A stretch of 64,000 nt of DNA from NCBI RefSeq assembly GCF_963921235.1, contig NC_086109.1:9302001-9366000 (forward strand), given 5' to 3'. Position numbers and translations under genes: made by a program. Every line of letters starts with the position of its first letter. Positions within the stretch are counted from its first letter, which is position 1. This DNA is from Mobula hypostoma (lineage: Eukaryota). Shown here in pieces: positions 48,966 to 62,237 of this stretch. The notes below the pieces were generated by a model. That model was not told the origin of the DNA. It did no database searches and saw nothing but the letters and a program-made list of their open reading frames with translations.

Positions 48966-49659
48966 ACTACCTGAAGGGCCTATCTCTATGCTCTAACACT
49001 CAATGATTCTGTAGCACAACCCCCATCATTAGCTTCGCAACACTATGACCACTTTGAAAACCAAGTAAGAATAGTAAATAAGCAATAGATACTTCAATAA
49101 ATTTTGAAATATTTAAATTAATTATAAGCAATAAGTGCTTTTTGTTGTAATTGCATTCTTGTAAAAATCGTGTTTATATTTTCTTGCGAGTGCTATGCTC
49201 AGTGCCCGCGATGCCGCTGCAAGTAAGTTTTTCATTGCAACTGGGCAGACACGTACCCTGCTGGTGAAGTTTGCAGTGCGCCAATTGGCTGCCGTGCCTT
49301 TCACCCTCGACCTCAGCAATGACCACACGGGGCTGTGAAGTGATTTGACGTGGAATATATACACGCAGCTCCCTCGCTTTTAAGCGTGCGGAACTTTAAC
49401 TATAAAACAACAATTGCAAATCTGTAGAAAATTCTGCCAGATCTGACTGGGGGAGAGAGAAAAGAAAGCTTTTGCTTAGGATGGTCCACTTGAACCATTA
49501 ACTGCTCCCCCCCCCTCTACAGATGCTGCCCGACCCGGTGAGAATCCGAAACACAGGCGATTCTGCAGGTGCGGAAAACCCAGAGCATCCCACACACAAG
49601 GTGCTGGAGGAACTCAGCAGGTCAGGCAGCATCTATGGAGTCGACGTTTCAGGACTGTT

Positions 49660-50470
49660 GACAATCCTTTTTATTTGCAAGGGGTTCTGCGGGCGTGTGG
49701 CCGGATTGCTCGCCTGCACCCGGTGCGTGAGAGCGGACGGGAGGGATCGCCGCAGCCTTGCCGGCAAGGTAAGGGACGAACTCCCGACGCTCCGGGGTGG
49801 CCGGAGGACCGGCTCTCCTCGCTGGCTGAGCGCGGCGGCGGCGGCTCACCCGCCCATCTTGCCGCACGATGAGGCTCGTTGGCGCCAGGCGCGCCCTTTG
49901 ACCTCCTGCGGGAGATGTCAGTTGAGGCCTGTGCGGGAGCGGGACGAGGCTTCAGCCTGAGGCGGCGGCCGGCTCCCGGCTCCCGGCTCCAGGCCACCGA
50001 CTCCCGGCTCCGCTCCACTGGGAGGCGGCGGGCTGGGGTGGGGGGGAGCAGGGGGAGAGGGCCGATGACAGAGAGGCCGGCGGTGGCGGCGGAGCGGGGG
50101 TGAGTAAACGCGGCGGCGGCAAAATACCTTTCCTTACCCCCGGTGGCCCCCTCCTCCCGGGATCGGGATCGGGATCTCCCGCTCCCGGCATTGGAACCCC
50201 CCCCCACTCCCCCTTCCGACATCGGATCTTCACCCCGGCATCGGAGTCCTCCCTCCTCGGCATTGATCCTTCTCTCCCCCCGCCCTATTTCCCCTCCCCC
50301 ATCCGTATCCCCCCAATCGATCCTCCCTCTGACCTCCCCCACCCGATCGCCCCTCCTCCCCTCCACCTGATCGCCTCTCTATATACCCCCCCACATAATC
50401 CGCCCCATCCTTCCTCCGTATCCCTCCCGCTCGATTCCCCATCCGCGCTCACCCCGCCCGATCCCCCTCT
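49660..50470. promoter_or_regulatory. CpG island, probable host gene promoter
   Basis: The only long GC- and CpG-rich stretch outside transposons in a CpG-depleted window. GC box CCCGCCC at about 49849, Inr-like TCAGTT at 49918, splice donors on both strands. Confidence 0.8.
49920..50099 (+). other. Candidate first exon of a plus-strand gene (start position approximate)
   Basis: GC-rich leader ending GGG|GTGAGT (donor at 50100), followed by a C-rich intron-like tract. The ATG at 50065 is in weak Kozak context, so the exon may be non-coding. Confidence 0.55.
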
Positions 50471-52143
50471 GATCCCCCCTCCGCCTTCTCCTTCACCTCT
50501 TTATTGTCTTCCTCCTGCTCTTCCCCTCATCCCTACCGTTCTTCCCCCACTTCTGACATTTTTTATATCTCACTTGCCATTTTCATTCTTTGTCTCCAAT
50601 CCCTTCTGTCTCCCTCCCTTCCTTATACACCACCCCACTTCACTGTTAGAGTGCGAAATCAAAATCCCCTTTCTTATGGCTTCCCTCTTCCTGGATCATC
50701 CTGTCTCAACCTCCCTGCCCGTCCACTCCACGAGGCTGCGAAGTTTCTTCTGAGGTTGTTAATCCTCATGTAATTCTTACTTCCTTGGACTCTTTCCCCG
50801 TATCCACCACCCCATTGCCACTAACTAGAAATGTTGTGTATAGTAATGTGCGTATTTCTACGTTGTTCTACTTACTGGTTGTATCATGCTCTGTCTGTTA
50901 AAAGAAAGTTGGCATTCTTTCATTCTTTAAAACTTGTGGGCTGGTAGAGAGACCGTAGTGGTTTGCTGAGGAGTTTGCCTTCATTGCAGCAAACATTCAT
51001 GCCTTGAGGTCTTCTGTCAGGAGCTGTAGATTGCTGAAGTGCATGTCAATCCTTTGCCACTCTGTGATTAGTATTGTGAAGGAATTGCCATAACTTACAA
51101 CACCAGTACAGAACTCCGAAGTCCCTTGGATTGATTCATCATGTACCGCATTTATTGATTTCCGTTGAACATAGAACATTGTAGCACAGTACAGGCCCTT
51201 TGGCCCACAATGTTGTGCCAGCTGTTTAACCTACTCCAAGATCAATCAAACCCTTCTCTCCCTGGTAGTGAGGTAGTAGTCATGGGTTTAATGTCCATTC
51301 AGAAATCATTGTGACTCTTTGAGTGTGTGCCTTTAGGCTTCTGTACCTCCCCCCGATAGAAGCAATGAGAACAAGACATGACCTGGGTGATGGGGGTCCT
51401 TTTTGATTTTATTCTGTGTACCCACCACTCAATATTTAAAAAAAAATCTACTTCTGACATTTCTCCCCCCTTACTATACTTCCCTCCAATCACTTTAAAA
51501 TTATGCCCTCCCATTTTAGTTGTTGCTGTTCTGGGGAAAAGTTTTTGGCTGTCCACTCTATCAATGCCTCTTATCATCTTGTATATCTCTATCAAGCCAC
51601 CTCTTACCTGCTTCACTCCAAAGAGAAAGGCCCTAGCTCACTCAACCTGTCCTCATAAGATATGCAGGCAGTCCAGGGAGCACACACAAAATGCTGGAGG
51701 AACTCAGCAGGTCAGGCAGCATCTGTGGAAATGAATAGATAGTTGACATTTCAGGCCGACACCCTTCTTTAGGATTCCACCACCTTCTCCCGAAGACGTA
51801 GCTAAGCAAAATGTAGCGCTGCACTGTTAGGCATTCTTTTCCATCATTAAACGCAAACCAAAAAAGTGCTGGACTATAACAGATTTTTTTGGCAATTTCT
51901 GTCAGAGTGCAGTTCAGCATCTACAATTGGTTTACACCCTGCCATCAGCAAGGATGGTGTTAATACTCTGTCTTTTTGTGAGATGTGGACATTGTGGCAA
52001 GAAAGACATTGGAATGAGCACCTGTAATTTCTGATCACCCCCCGGGGTGAACTCGCCTTTTCATAGAGAAGTGAAAGTTTGGCCACCTTACATCTGGAAT
52101 TGCACATAGACCAAAATGACTGAGGTTTTAGATTATCCTAAAG

Positions 52144-52223
52144 CTTGGGTTCCCAACCTGCGGTCCACTTCCCCCTGGGTTAATGGTAGAGATCTGTGGC
52201 ATAAGACAGGTTGGTAATCCCTG
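52144..52223. mobile_element. About 80-bp hAT MITE (same family as about 41220-41298 and 43091-43170)
   Basis: Termini of the CAGGGGTTCCCAACC type; 8-bp TSD-like CCCTAAAG/TTCTAAAG. Confidence 0.6.
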
Positions 52224-54629
52224 TTCTAAAGGGTATTAGTGGACCAGTTGGAATTTGGTGATCATTGGCTTTTCCATGTCATCATCCTGAATGTCCACCT
52301 TTTAAAACTGAGCTAATTTATATTTTTCTTTGAGATGTTTGGTATAAGATGTTATGTATCTGTGATGCTGTTGCACGTTTTGTGCATATGAGAATCGACT
52401 TTGATTTTTCAGAATCAGGTTTAAAATCACTGGCTTATGTTGTGAAATTTGTTGTCTTTGTAGTAGTACGTTGCTCTACATTACATAGTTAAATTAAATA
52501 AATAAGTAGTGCTAAAACAGAAATTTAAAAAATAGTCAGGTAGTGTTCATGGGTTCAGCATCCATTCAGAAATCTGAGGCAGAGGGGAAGAAGCTGATCC
52601 TGAATCATTGAGCGTGTGTCTTCTAGCTTCTGTACCTCCTTCCTGATGATAGCAATGACAACAAGGCATGACCTGGGTGATGGGGGTCCTTAAAGATGGA
52701 AGTTGTCTTTTTGATTTTACTCTAGAATTTATTAAATTGACTGAACTTAAAGTCTTCCACTGCTATGCGTGTTTTTTTAATTCATGTTTCTGAAATGTAT
52801 GTAGGCTTCTTGATTTAAAGAGCAGATTACTATGGGGAAAATATATGGTATTTTGAATCAGTTTTGTCACGGTGTGTGAGTGTACCCACACCTGGCCAGT
52901 GGTGTGGTGGCATCCGCACTGGACTGCGAGGTGAGTGGTGTCGGGTTCGAATCTGGTTGGACAAAGTGCAGGGTTGCTGCCCGATGCGCCAAAAGGCGCA
53001 GAGAGGAATGGCAGTCTGTATACTGGCATTATGTTTTGTGGAAAAAAAAGTGGGTATATGTTGTAAAGATTGAACCATTGCTTTTTGTCCCTACCAAGCC
53101 ACAATCTTCATTCTTTTCTCTCTGGTAGCTAGCTATCTAAGGCTCAACCACTCTGTTTGTACCATTGATAAAGTAAAATACAACTGATGCTGGAAATGTG
53201 AAATTGAAAATCAAAAATGTGGGGAAATGCTGGCAGATTGAGCAGTATCTGTGAAAAGAGGGACAAAGTCAGTTTCGGATCAACAACCTCTCATTACCTG
53301 CATTCCCATCGTCATGGATGCTCCCAGTTTGAATCAGAATCGGGTTTATCATCACTGACATAAGTCGTGAAATTTGTTGTTTCATGGCAGCCTTCCATTG
53401 GTCAGGGTCAACCATGGCTGTTGTGTCATAGCTGTCTATGTGATACACAAGTCAGAGCAGTATGATATGCAGAGCAAGGTGTTGCCCATGTAGCAAGCTT
53501 CTCCCTCTCCTTGCAGCTGATGAATCCAAAGGACTGCCGGAGACCGATACGGATTGGTACGAGTGGCGTCGCAGGAGTCCCCAGTCAGCGTTGAACTCAA
53601 CATAGGACTGCCTTAGGGACTCCAGCTCTGGATTTTTCTGGCTGGGTTTATTCCCAAAGCCTTCCCCATGAGTGGGTATGGCGGCAATGAAGTGGAGGTT
53701 TGGGATCTGAGTTTTCCTTCTCCTAGATGAGCTGCCAATCACAGTTGATGAGCCCAATCTGCCTGAAGTGACTGGTTTTAAGGTGCAGTAAGCCGTCTTT
53801 GCCCCTTCTCCTGTCAGTAGAAACTGTTCTGCCAGGCTTTGTAGCTGAGCCACATGTGAAGGCCAGGAGCCTATTGGTTGCCAGAGGCTATTTGAGGTGC
53901 ACGTCATTGGGAGCATTTAATAGGTAGTGGGAGCTTCTCCCGCTACCATTCCTGACTTATGACAATCTTAATGAACCAAGCAGCAGTACAGTGTAGGCAT
54001 AACAAATTACTATAAATTATAGTAAAATTAAATACTAAAAAGTTAGTGTTCATGGGTTCGTTGTCCATTCAGAAATCTGACAGCAGAGAGGAAGAAGCCG
54101 TTCCTAAAACACTGAGTGTGTGTCTTCAAGCTCCTGTACCTCCTCCCTGATGGTAGTAATGAGAAAAGGGCATATCCTGGATGATGAGGGTGTGTAATGG
54201 TGGGTGCCGCATTATTGAGGTGACACTTTCTGAAGATGTCCTCAGTGTGGAGAAGATTGTGCTCGTGATGGATCTGGCTGAGTCTACTTCGCTTTGCAGC
54301 TTGCGGAATCTTTCTCGCCTGTTCGCCTCCAAGATGGATCTTGGGTGAAATGTCTGTAGCATCAACAGGGTTGAATTTCTTATCTTCATAACATCATGTT
54401 ACACGAGTTGTGCATTGGCCTGGCTACTGTTGTCACCCTTTTCAATGTGTTTATTACTTCGAGACGAGTTCTCCAATAGATGCCTTGTGTCATTAGAACT
54501 CTGCATGTTCCAACTCAAACTCCTCAGCATTCAGCTGACCTAGAATATTCTTATTTGAGCAAAATCAGAATCGGGTTTATTATCACTGATATGTTGTGCA
54601 ATTTGTTATTTTGCGGCAGTGGTACAGCC

Positions 54630-54979
54630 ATCATCATCACCATCATCATAATTATTTATCGTGTCATATGACGTGGACGATCATGGTCTTGTCCATGACC
54701 GTGATTGTTCTTGGCTAATTTTTCTACAAAAGTGGTTTGCCATTGCTGCCTTCTGGGCAGTGTCTTTAAAAGACAAGTGACCCCAGCCATTGTCTGCTGG
54801 TGTCAGTGGTCGCATAGTCAGGACTTTTGACATGCATCGGCTGCTCATCTGACCATCCCCCCCCCCCCCTTTGTTCTCATGGCTTCTCATGATCCTGATT
54901 GAGAGGCTAAGCAGGTGCTACACCTTTTCTTAGGGTGACCTGCAGGTGAGCGGAGGGAAGGAGCGCCTTATACCTCCAC
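54630..54979 (-). mobile_element. About 380-bp RTE-related retroposon, copy 4 (5' end slightly short)
   Basis: Same sequence as copy 1, with a (GAT)n tail. Confidence 0.7.
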
Positions 54980-55009
54980 ACATTGCAAACCTTAAAAATA
55001 GTCACATAT

Positions 55010-55760
55010 ATAGTGAAAAAGAGGAATAGTGAGGTAATCGTGTTCAGGGGTTCATGGACCACTCAGAAAACTAATGATGGAGGTGAAGAAGCTGCTCTTA
55101 ATATATTGAGAGTGGGTCTTCAGGCTCCTGTACCTCCTCCCTGATAATAGTAATGAGATTTCGATATATCCTGGGTGGTGAGGATCGTTAATGACGGATG
55201 CTGCCTTCGTCTTTTGAAAATGACATCGATATTGGGGAGCCAGTGCCCGTGATGGAGCTCACTACACCCCCTGCACCCCATTCTTTCAGTCACTGAAGCC
55301 TCCAAACCTGGCACTGATGCAACCAGTTAGAATTCTCTCCAACGTACGTCTGTAGAAATTTGCCAGAGTATTTTGTAACGTGCCAAGTTGCCTCAGACTC
55401 CTGAAGAAGTATAGCTGCTGTTGTGCCTTCTTTGTGATTGCATCAGTATGTTGAGCCCAAGATTGATCCTCTGAGCTGTTGATGCCCAGGAGCGGGAAGC
55501 TGCTCACCCTTTCCATCACTGACCCCTTGATGAGAACTGGCATGTGTTCTCCTGATTTTCCCTTCCAGAAGTCCACAATCAATTCCTTGGTCCTGCTGAC
55601 ATTGAGTGGAAGGTTGTTATTGTTATACGACTCAATCAGCCGATCTGTCTTGCCCCTGTATGCCTCCTTGTTGCCACCTGAGATTCTGCCAACGACAGTG
55701 GCGAATCTACAGATGCCGTTTGAGTTGTTCCTAGCCACACAGTCGTGAGTGTAGAGAGTT
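55010..55760 (-). mobile_element. Rex1/Babar LINE 3' fragment
   Basis: ORF 55286..55738 LNVSRTKELIVDF..KKAQQQLYFFRSL..ILTGCI. Confidence 0.8.
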
Positions 55761-58700
55761 GTTATCTATTTAATTAATTAATTAATTGATTGATTTATTT
55801 ATTTATTGAGGTACAGTGCAGAATAGGCCTTTCTGGCCCCTTAAGCCACACCACCCAGCAATCCCCTTATTTCATCCTAGCCTGATCCCAGGACAACATA
55901 CAATGACCAATTAACCTCCAACTGGAGTACCTGTTTGGATTGTGGGAGGAAACCCACACGGACATGGGGAGGAGGTGCAAGCTCTTTACAGGCAGCGGTG
56001 GGAATTGAACCTGAATTACCTTACTGTGAAGCGCTGTTCTTACCACTACCTACCATGCCACCCAGGAGTAGGGCAGGATGTGCCTGTGTTAATTGTTAGC
56101 AGATTTTAAATATGTTGATACTTGTTAACAGATCTTTCGACAGCTGCTCCCCACCTACAATGTTCAGCCGTAGAACTCTGGAATATTTATGTTCTTCCAA
56201 TTATGGCCCCTTGATTATTTAGCAATTGCTTTACCCCACCACATTGGCGGTTGTGCTTGTGATGACAAGTTCCTAAACTCTGGAATTCTCTCCATCTTGT
56301 TACCCAGGCCTCTCCCTTTAAAGCCCTCCTTAAAAGTGATCTCTGACCAATCTTTTGGAGACTTGCCATAATATCTTTTAATGAGGCTATTTCAAATTTA
56401 ATTCAATATTTCTGAAGTGCTTTGGGTTGCTTTATAAAGGAAAGTTACTTCAGAATTGTTTGAATATTTGTGTGTGCTCTGAACAATTAGGGAACCTATT
56501 TTTAAAAAAAAATATGGAGCAGTCCTGACTAATCTGTGTTTTAGCTTTTATATTTAAAAAACACTTGCTTTCAAACTTGTGTAATAAATTCCCTGGAAAG
56601 GGAAAGCAGTATGAAATTGACAGTACAGAATTGCAAATGTGAATACATATACAAAATCAAAACCAATTTCAGCTGTGTGATCTGATGGTCGTAGAGCTCA
56701 GAAACAGGCCTTTCAGCCCATCTAATTTCTGCCAAACTATTCTGCCCAGTCCCATTGACTTGCATCTCCATACCCCTCACATTCATGGCCATATCCAAAC
56801 TTCTCTTAATGTTGAAATTGAACCCGTATCCATCACTTCTGCTGGCAACTCATTCCACACTCTCACTACCCTCTGAGTGAAGAAGTTCCCCCTCAGGTTC
56901 TGCATAAATATTTCAGCTTTCACTCTTAACCCATGTCCTCTAGTTCAGTGTAAAAAGCCTGCTTACATTACTCTGTCTATAGCCCTCATAATTTGTCTAT
57001 CTTTGTCAAATCTCCCATCAATCTTTTACACTCCAGGGAATAAAGCCCGAACCTGTTCAGCCTTTCCATATATCTCAGGTCCTCCAGTCCCTGCCACTGA
57101 TATTTAAGAACAAACTTGAGCAAGCAATTGATTTTTGGATTTGTTCAGCCGGAGTTTAATGATAAATGGTACTTTTTCCAAAGAGAAATTAAAATGCAAG
57201 CTCTATGACAACCTAACTCATCGGTAATCCCATTGTCACTCTTGGGACTCTGCTAATTTGCAGTGGAAATCAGTGCGGGTGAATATTTTGATATTGCAGC
57301 TTACTGGACAGGAGCCCGTTTATGCGTTTTATCCATCAGGCCTCTGGACAGTCTTTTTCCTGAAATGTTCATGGGCAGCGTGCACACCGAATTGGATGCA
57401 CTGTTTTGAGCTCAGAAAATAATTGATGGGAGGTTGATGGGATAAAAGGTTTGTTATTTGATTCAGGATTGTTTAATGTCATTTCCAGTACACAAGTGCA
57501 AAGCAGAGTGAAATAATTTGATAACGCAAACACAAGAAAATCTGTAGATGCTTTAAATTCAAGCAACACACACAAAGTGCTGGTGGAACGTGGCAGGCCA
57601 GGCAGCATCTACAGGATGACAAAGGGTCTCGACCCAAAATGTTGTTTGTACTTCTTCCTATAGATACTGCCTGGCCTGCTGCATTCCACCAGCATTTTGT
57701 GTGTATTGCTTGAAATAATTTGATTGCATTTAATTATAAGTGATCAAATCTTGAGGAACCTGTAGTGTGGCATGGGTTTTTCACCATAATGTAGTAACGT
57801 CTTGGATGGAGAAATATTGTGTACAAAGAACACTAAATTGGGAGGCACAGTAATTTCTAAACAAAACATTCTGCAGATACCAGAAATCTAGAGCAACACA
57901 CATAAAATGCTGGAGGAACTCAGCGGCTGAGGTAGCATGTGTGGAGGGGAAATAAATGGTCAACATTTTGGACCGAGACCCTTCATCTGGATAGGAAAGG
58001 AAGTGAGCAGATGCACAAGTCTATGCTGGCTCTCTCAGTCCTGCTATCCTTTTAAAGATAGCCTGTTATTACTCCCTTTACAGACATCAAATTTTCCCCA
58101 CCACTGACATTAGGTTAACAGGTTGGTATATCTCATGTTAATCCTCTCCCTCCACTCCTCTCTCCTCCCTGCCCCTTAAATAGTGTAGTCACATTTGGTA
58201 TCCAATAATCCACAGGAACAATACCTGAATATATTGAATTTTGCAAGATGATAGTTAGGGTGTTCACTATCTCTATAGTTACTTCCTTTAAAGGTCTAGG
58301 ATGTAATATTATTGAAACATGGAAACTATCTCTTTTGTGCAAAATTAAAGATGGGTCTTTTAGAAGCAAAATGGGGAAGCACATTTCACATGGAGGGCAG
58401 ATTAGTTATGGATAACTCTTCCCAAAGGTTAGTTCCAGTCTTCAAGGCTGAGACTGATTGAATGAGGGATTAAAGGATTTGAGGAGAACGAATTCAGGAC
58501 CAGATCAACTGATCTTTTAATCTTTTATTGAGTGACCTTGTCCTTTTCCTATATCTCTATGTATGAAACGTGCTTTGTAAACGCTAGCTTATCCTATCCA
58601 AGTAAGGCCTCAAATTTACCCATTCCCAGTTTGGGAAAGTAGTGATGGAAATTACTGTAGTGGACTCTCCTGTGGGCCTATGGTTAGAATGACTGAACTG

Positions 58701-61700
58701 TAATCCTTCAACAGAGATCTATTGAAAGGAAGGTTTGGTGCCAGCAGCGTGGTATTTCTAGCCCCAAATGCATTTTGTGAAGTTGCTGCAGTTATTGTTA
58801 TTCATCACTCAGCTAAGATCAAGGGAGTGCAAGATGGCCACCAAGTTGATGTATTTCTCTAACATACTAATTTCAATCCCTTCCCCCTTCTGTCTTTTTT
58901 CCATTCCCCTTCTGGTTTGCCTCTCACCCCTTCTCTTCTCCTCACCTGTCCATCACTCCCTCTGGTGCCCCTCCTCCTTACCTTTCTCCCATAGCCCACT
59001 CTTCTCTCCTATCAGATTCTTTCTTCTTCAGCCCTTTACCTCTTCCCCATTACTTTGCAGCTTACTACATCACTCCTCCCCCACCCATCCACCTTCCCTT
59101 GTCACATGCCAGATTCCCTTTCCTGTCCAGACCTAATGAAGAGTCTTGACCTGAGACGTCAACTGTTTATTCCTCTCCAGAGATGCTCCCTAACCTGCTG
59201 AGTTCCTCCAGCATTTTGTAGGTGTTGCTTAGTTTTTACAATAATCTTGGTATTCCTTTTATTGATGAAGACATGAAGAGTTTAACGTTCTCCTCATTCA
59301 GTTGTCTCCAGCAAATCGGAGAACTTTACTCAAAATATCATTTGATTTGTATCACTTTCACGGCTCATTGTTGCTTTGAAGTTTGTGACTTGACTAAGTA
59401 ATTATGTTCTGTTGTGAAGTTGAACTCAGAAGCTTTTGATTTTGAGGTAAAGTGTTGTCAACTATGACAACACAAAATTGATCTATAATATGACAGCAAA
59501 TAGTACAAGAAAGTGAAGTTATAAATTAATGAGTTCAAAGTAAATTTGTTCTGTTACCATATACTACTTGAAATTCATTTTCTTGTAGGCATTTACAGGG
59601 AAAAAGAAATCCAATAGAATTTATGAAAAGCTGTACATAAACGAAGACTGACAAAAAACTATGCAAATAAAAATAATACTGAGAACATGAGTTGTAAAGT
59701 CCTTGAAAGGGAGTCTGTAGGTTGTGGAATCAGTTCAGAGCTGCCTGTAAGGAGTTTGTATGTTCTCCCCATGACTGCATGGCTTTCCTCTGACTTCTCT
59801 GGTTTCCTCCCATAGTTCAGAGGTGTACCGGTTGGTAGGTTAATTGGTGTTTGTAAGTCGTCCTTTGATTAGGCCAGGATTAAATCGGGGGATTGCCAGG
59901 CGGCATGGCTCAAAGGGCTGGAAGGGCCTATTCTGTGCTGCATTTCAATAAATATAACAAAAGTTATCCACACTGGTTCAAGAGCCTAATGGTTGAAGGG
60001 TAATAACCGTTCCTGTACCTGGTAGTGTGGGACCCAAGGCCTCTGTACCTCCTGCCCACTGGGAGCAACAAGAAGAGAGCACAGCCTGGATGGTGGAGGT
60101 CCTTGATGCATGCGGCTTTTTTTGGCAGTGCTCCATAGAAATGTACTCTGTTGGGGAGGGCTTTGCCTCTGATGGACTGGGCTGTAAGCACCAGTGATAG
60201 AAAAGAAATCTTGGCTTTAAAAAATTGGGTGCACAGGGGAAGAGATGGAAAGGTTGTGTGGAGTCTTTGGGCAGATGATGTTAAGCCATTCCATAGAACA
60301 CTACAGCACAGAAACGGGCCATTCGGCCCTTTTAGTCTGTGCCGAAACTTAATTCCGCTAGTCCCGTTGACCTGCACCCAGTTCGTAGCCCTCCAGACCT
60401 CTCCAATCCATATATCTATCCAATTTTTTAAAAAAACTTAAGTGAACCCACATTTACCATGTCAGATGGCAGCTCATTCTACACTCCCACCACTCTCTGA
60501 GTGAAGACGTTCCCCCTAATCTTTCCCCTAAACCTTTCCCCTTTCACCCTAAAGCCATGTCTTCTCATATTTATCTCTCCTAATCTAAGTGAAAAGAACC
60601 TACTTGCATTTACTCGTCTATACCCCTCATAATTTTGTAAACCTTCTTCAAATCTCCCCTCATTCTTCTATGCTCCAACATATTAAAATTCATGCACTTG
60701 CATAAGTTTTGCTTATTGCATTTATAGAAACATGTCCGACTCCACAGCATGTGGTTGTTATTCAGAGTTTCAGGGTTGTATGCTTTGATAATAAATGAAC
60801 CTTTGTATCTTCCTGGCAGTTTCAAAGATACATTTAATGTCAGAGAAATGTATACAATATACATCCTGAAATGCTTTTTCTTCGCAAACATCCATGAAAA
60901 CAGAGGAGTGCCCCAAAGAATGAAGGGCAGTTAAATGTTAGAACCCCAAAGTACCCCCCCAGCTCTCCTCCCTCCCGCGTGTAAGCGGCAGCAAGCAGCA
61001 TCTTAGTTCGTTCACTTCAGTGTGTTGCTCATTACCTCACAATTTTGCTTGTATATTATTTTGTCATATTCTGCTTCGCAAATTTTCTCTGTCTGTTATA
61101 CACAAAATGCTGGAAGAACTCAACACATTCTCCCTGTGACCACGTGGCTTTCTATGAGGAGTCGAATAAGCAGTCGATATTTCAGGCTGAAACCCTTCAT
61201 TAGGACTCTCGGCACAAAACAACGACAGTTTATTCCCGCTGTAGCTGCTGCCTGACCTGATGTGTTCATCCAGCATTTATAAACACAAGAAGTTCTGCAA
61301 TGTTGGAAACCCAAAGCAACACACACAAAATGCTGGAGAAACTTAGCAGGTCAGGCTTAGAAATGAATAAAGAGTGGACGTCTCAGGCCGAGACCCTTTT
61401 CCAGGACTGGAAAGGAAGGGAGGAGATGCCAGAATGGAAAGGTGGGAGGTGGGGAAGGAGGATAGCCAAAAGGTGATAGGTGAAGTCAAGTGGGTGGGAA
61501 AGATAAAGGACTGGAGAGGAAGGAATCTGATAGGAGAGGAGAGTGGGACCATAGGAGAAAGGGAAGGAGGAGGGAACCTGGGAGGGGGGTGGGTGTGTGA
61601 TAGGCAGGTAAAGAGAAGAGGGAAGAGGCCAGAGTGGGGATTAGAAGGGGGGGGGTGGGAATTTTTTTAACCGGAAGGAAAATCGATATTCATGCCATTA

Positions 61701-61967
61701 GGTGGGAGGCTACCCAGACAGAATAGAAGATGTTGCTGCTCCACCCTGAGCGTTGTCACATCATGGTACTATAGGAGGCCATGGGCTGACATGTCCTCTA
61801 TCATTTTGTGTGTGTTGCTGTGGATTTCTAGCATCTACAGAATTTCTTGTGTTTATATTGTCTGATATGTTTTATCAACATACAATGCAGCTGTGGTTAT
61901 TAGCAGTGTAGTGACTTGAGCCAACTATGATGTTGTCCTACGTGGTTGTCTTTTGGTGGGTCTTCAG

Positions 61968-62237
61968 AGGCTGATCTAGGATCCACATCTTCAGACCTCA
62001 TTGAAGAAGAATGCGACTGTAGATACAATAGAATGCACTGATGCTGTAAAGCAAACTATTTCCCTCACCCTCATTTGGGATTAAAACATGGTGTCCTTTC
62101 ATTTAAAACTAATTTATATGTTAAGAGGTATCACCTCAATTGATTGATATAATGAATTCACTGCAGCAGCTTGCTAATTAACTGGTGTAAGCCTGTAGCT
62201 AATATTTGGTGACCCTGAACAAAAGGTGACAGATATG
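61968..62237 (+). other. Candidate downstream (mostly untranslated) exon ending in ATG
   Basis: Strong donor GATATG|GTAAGT at 62238 in non-repetitive DNA. The acceptor gtcttttggtgggtcttcAG at 61967 is tentative. Confidence 0.3.

Noticed and set aside
49671..50753. Long ORFs 49671..50366(-) and 50100..50753(+, Pro-rich)
   Set aside because: Expected by-products of GC-rich and C-rich sequence with few stop codons; the plus ORF starts on the splice-donor GTG.
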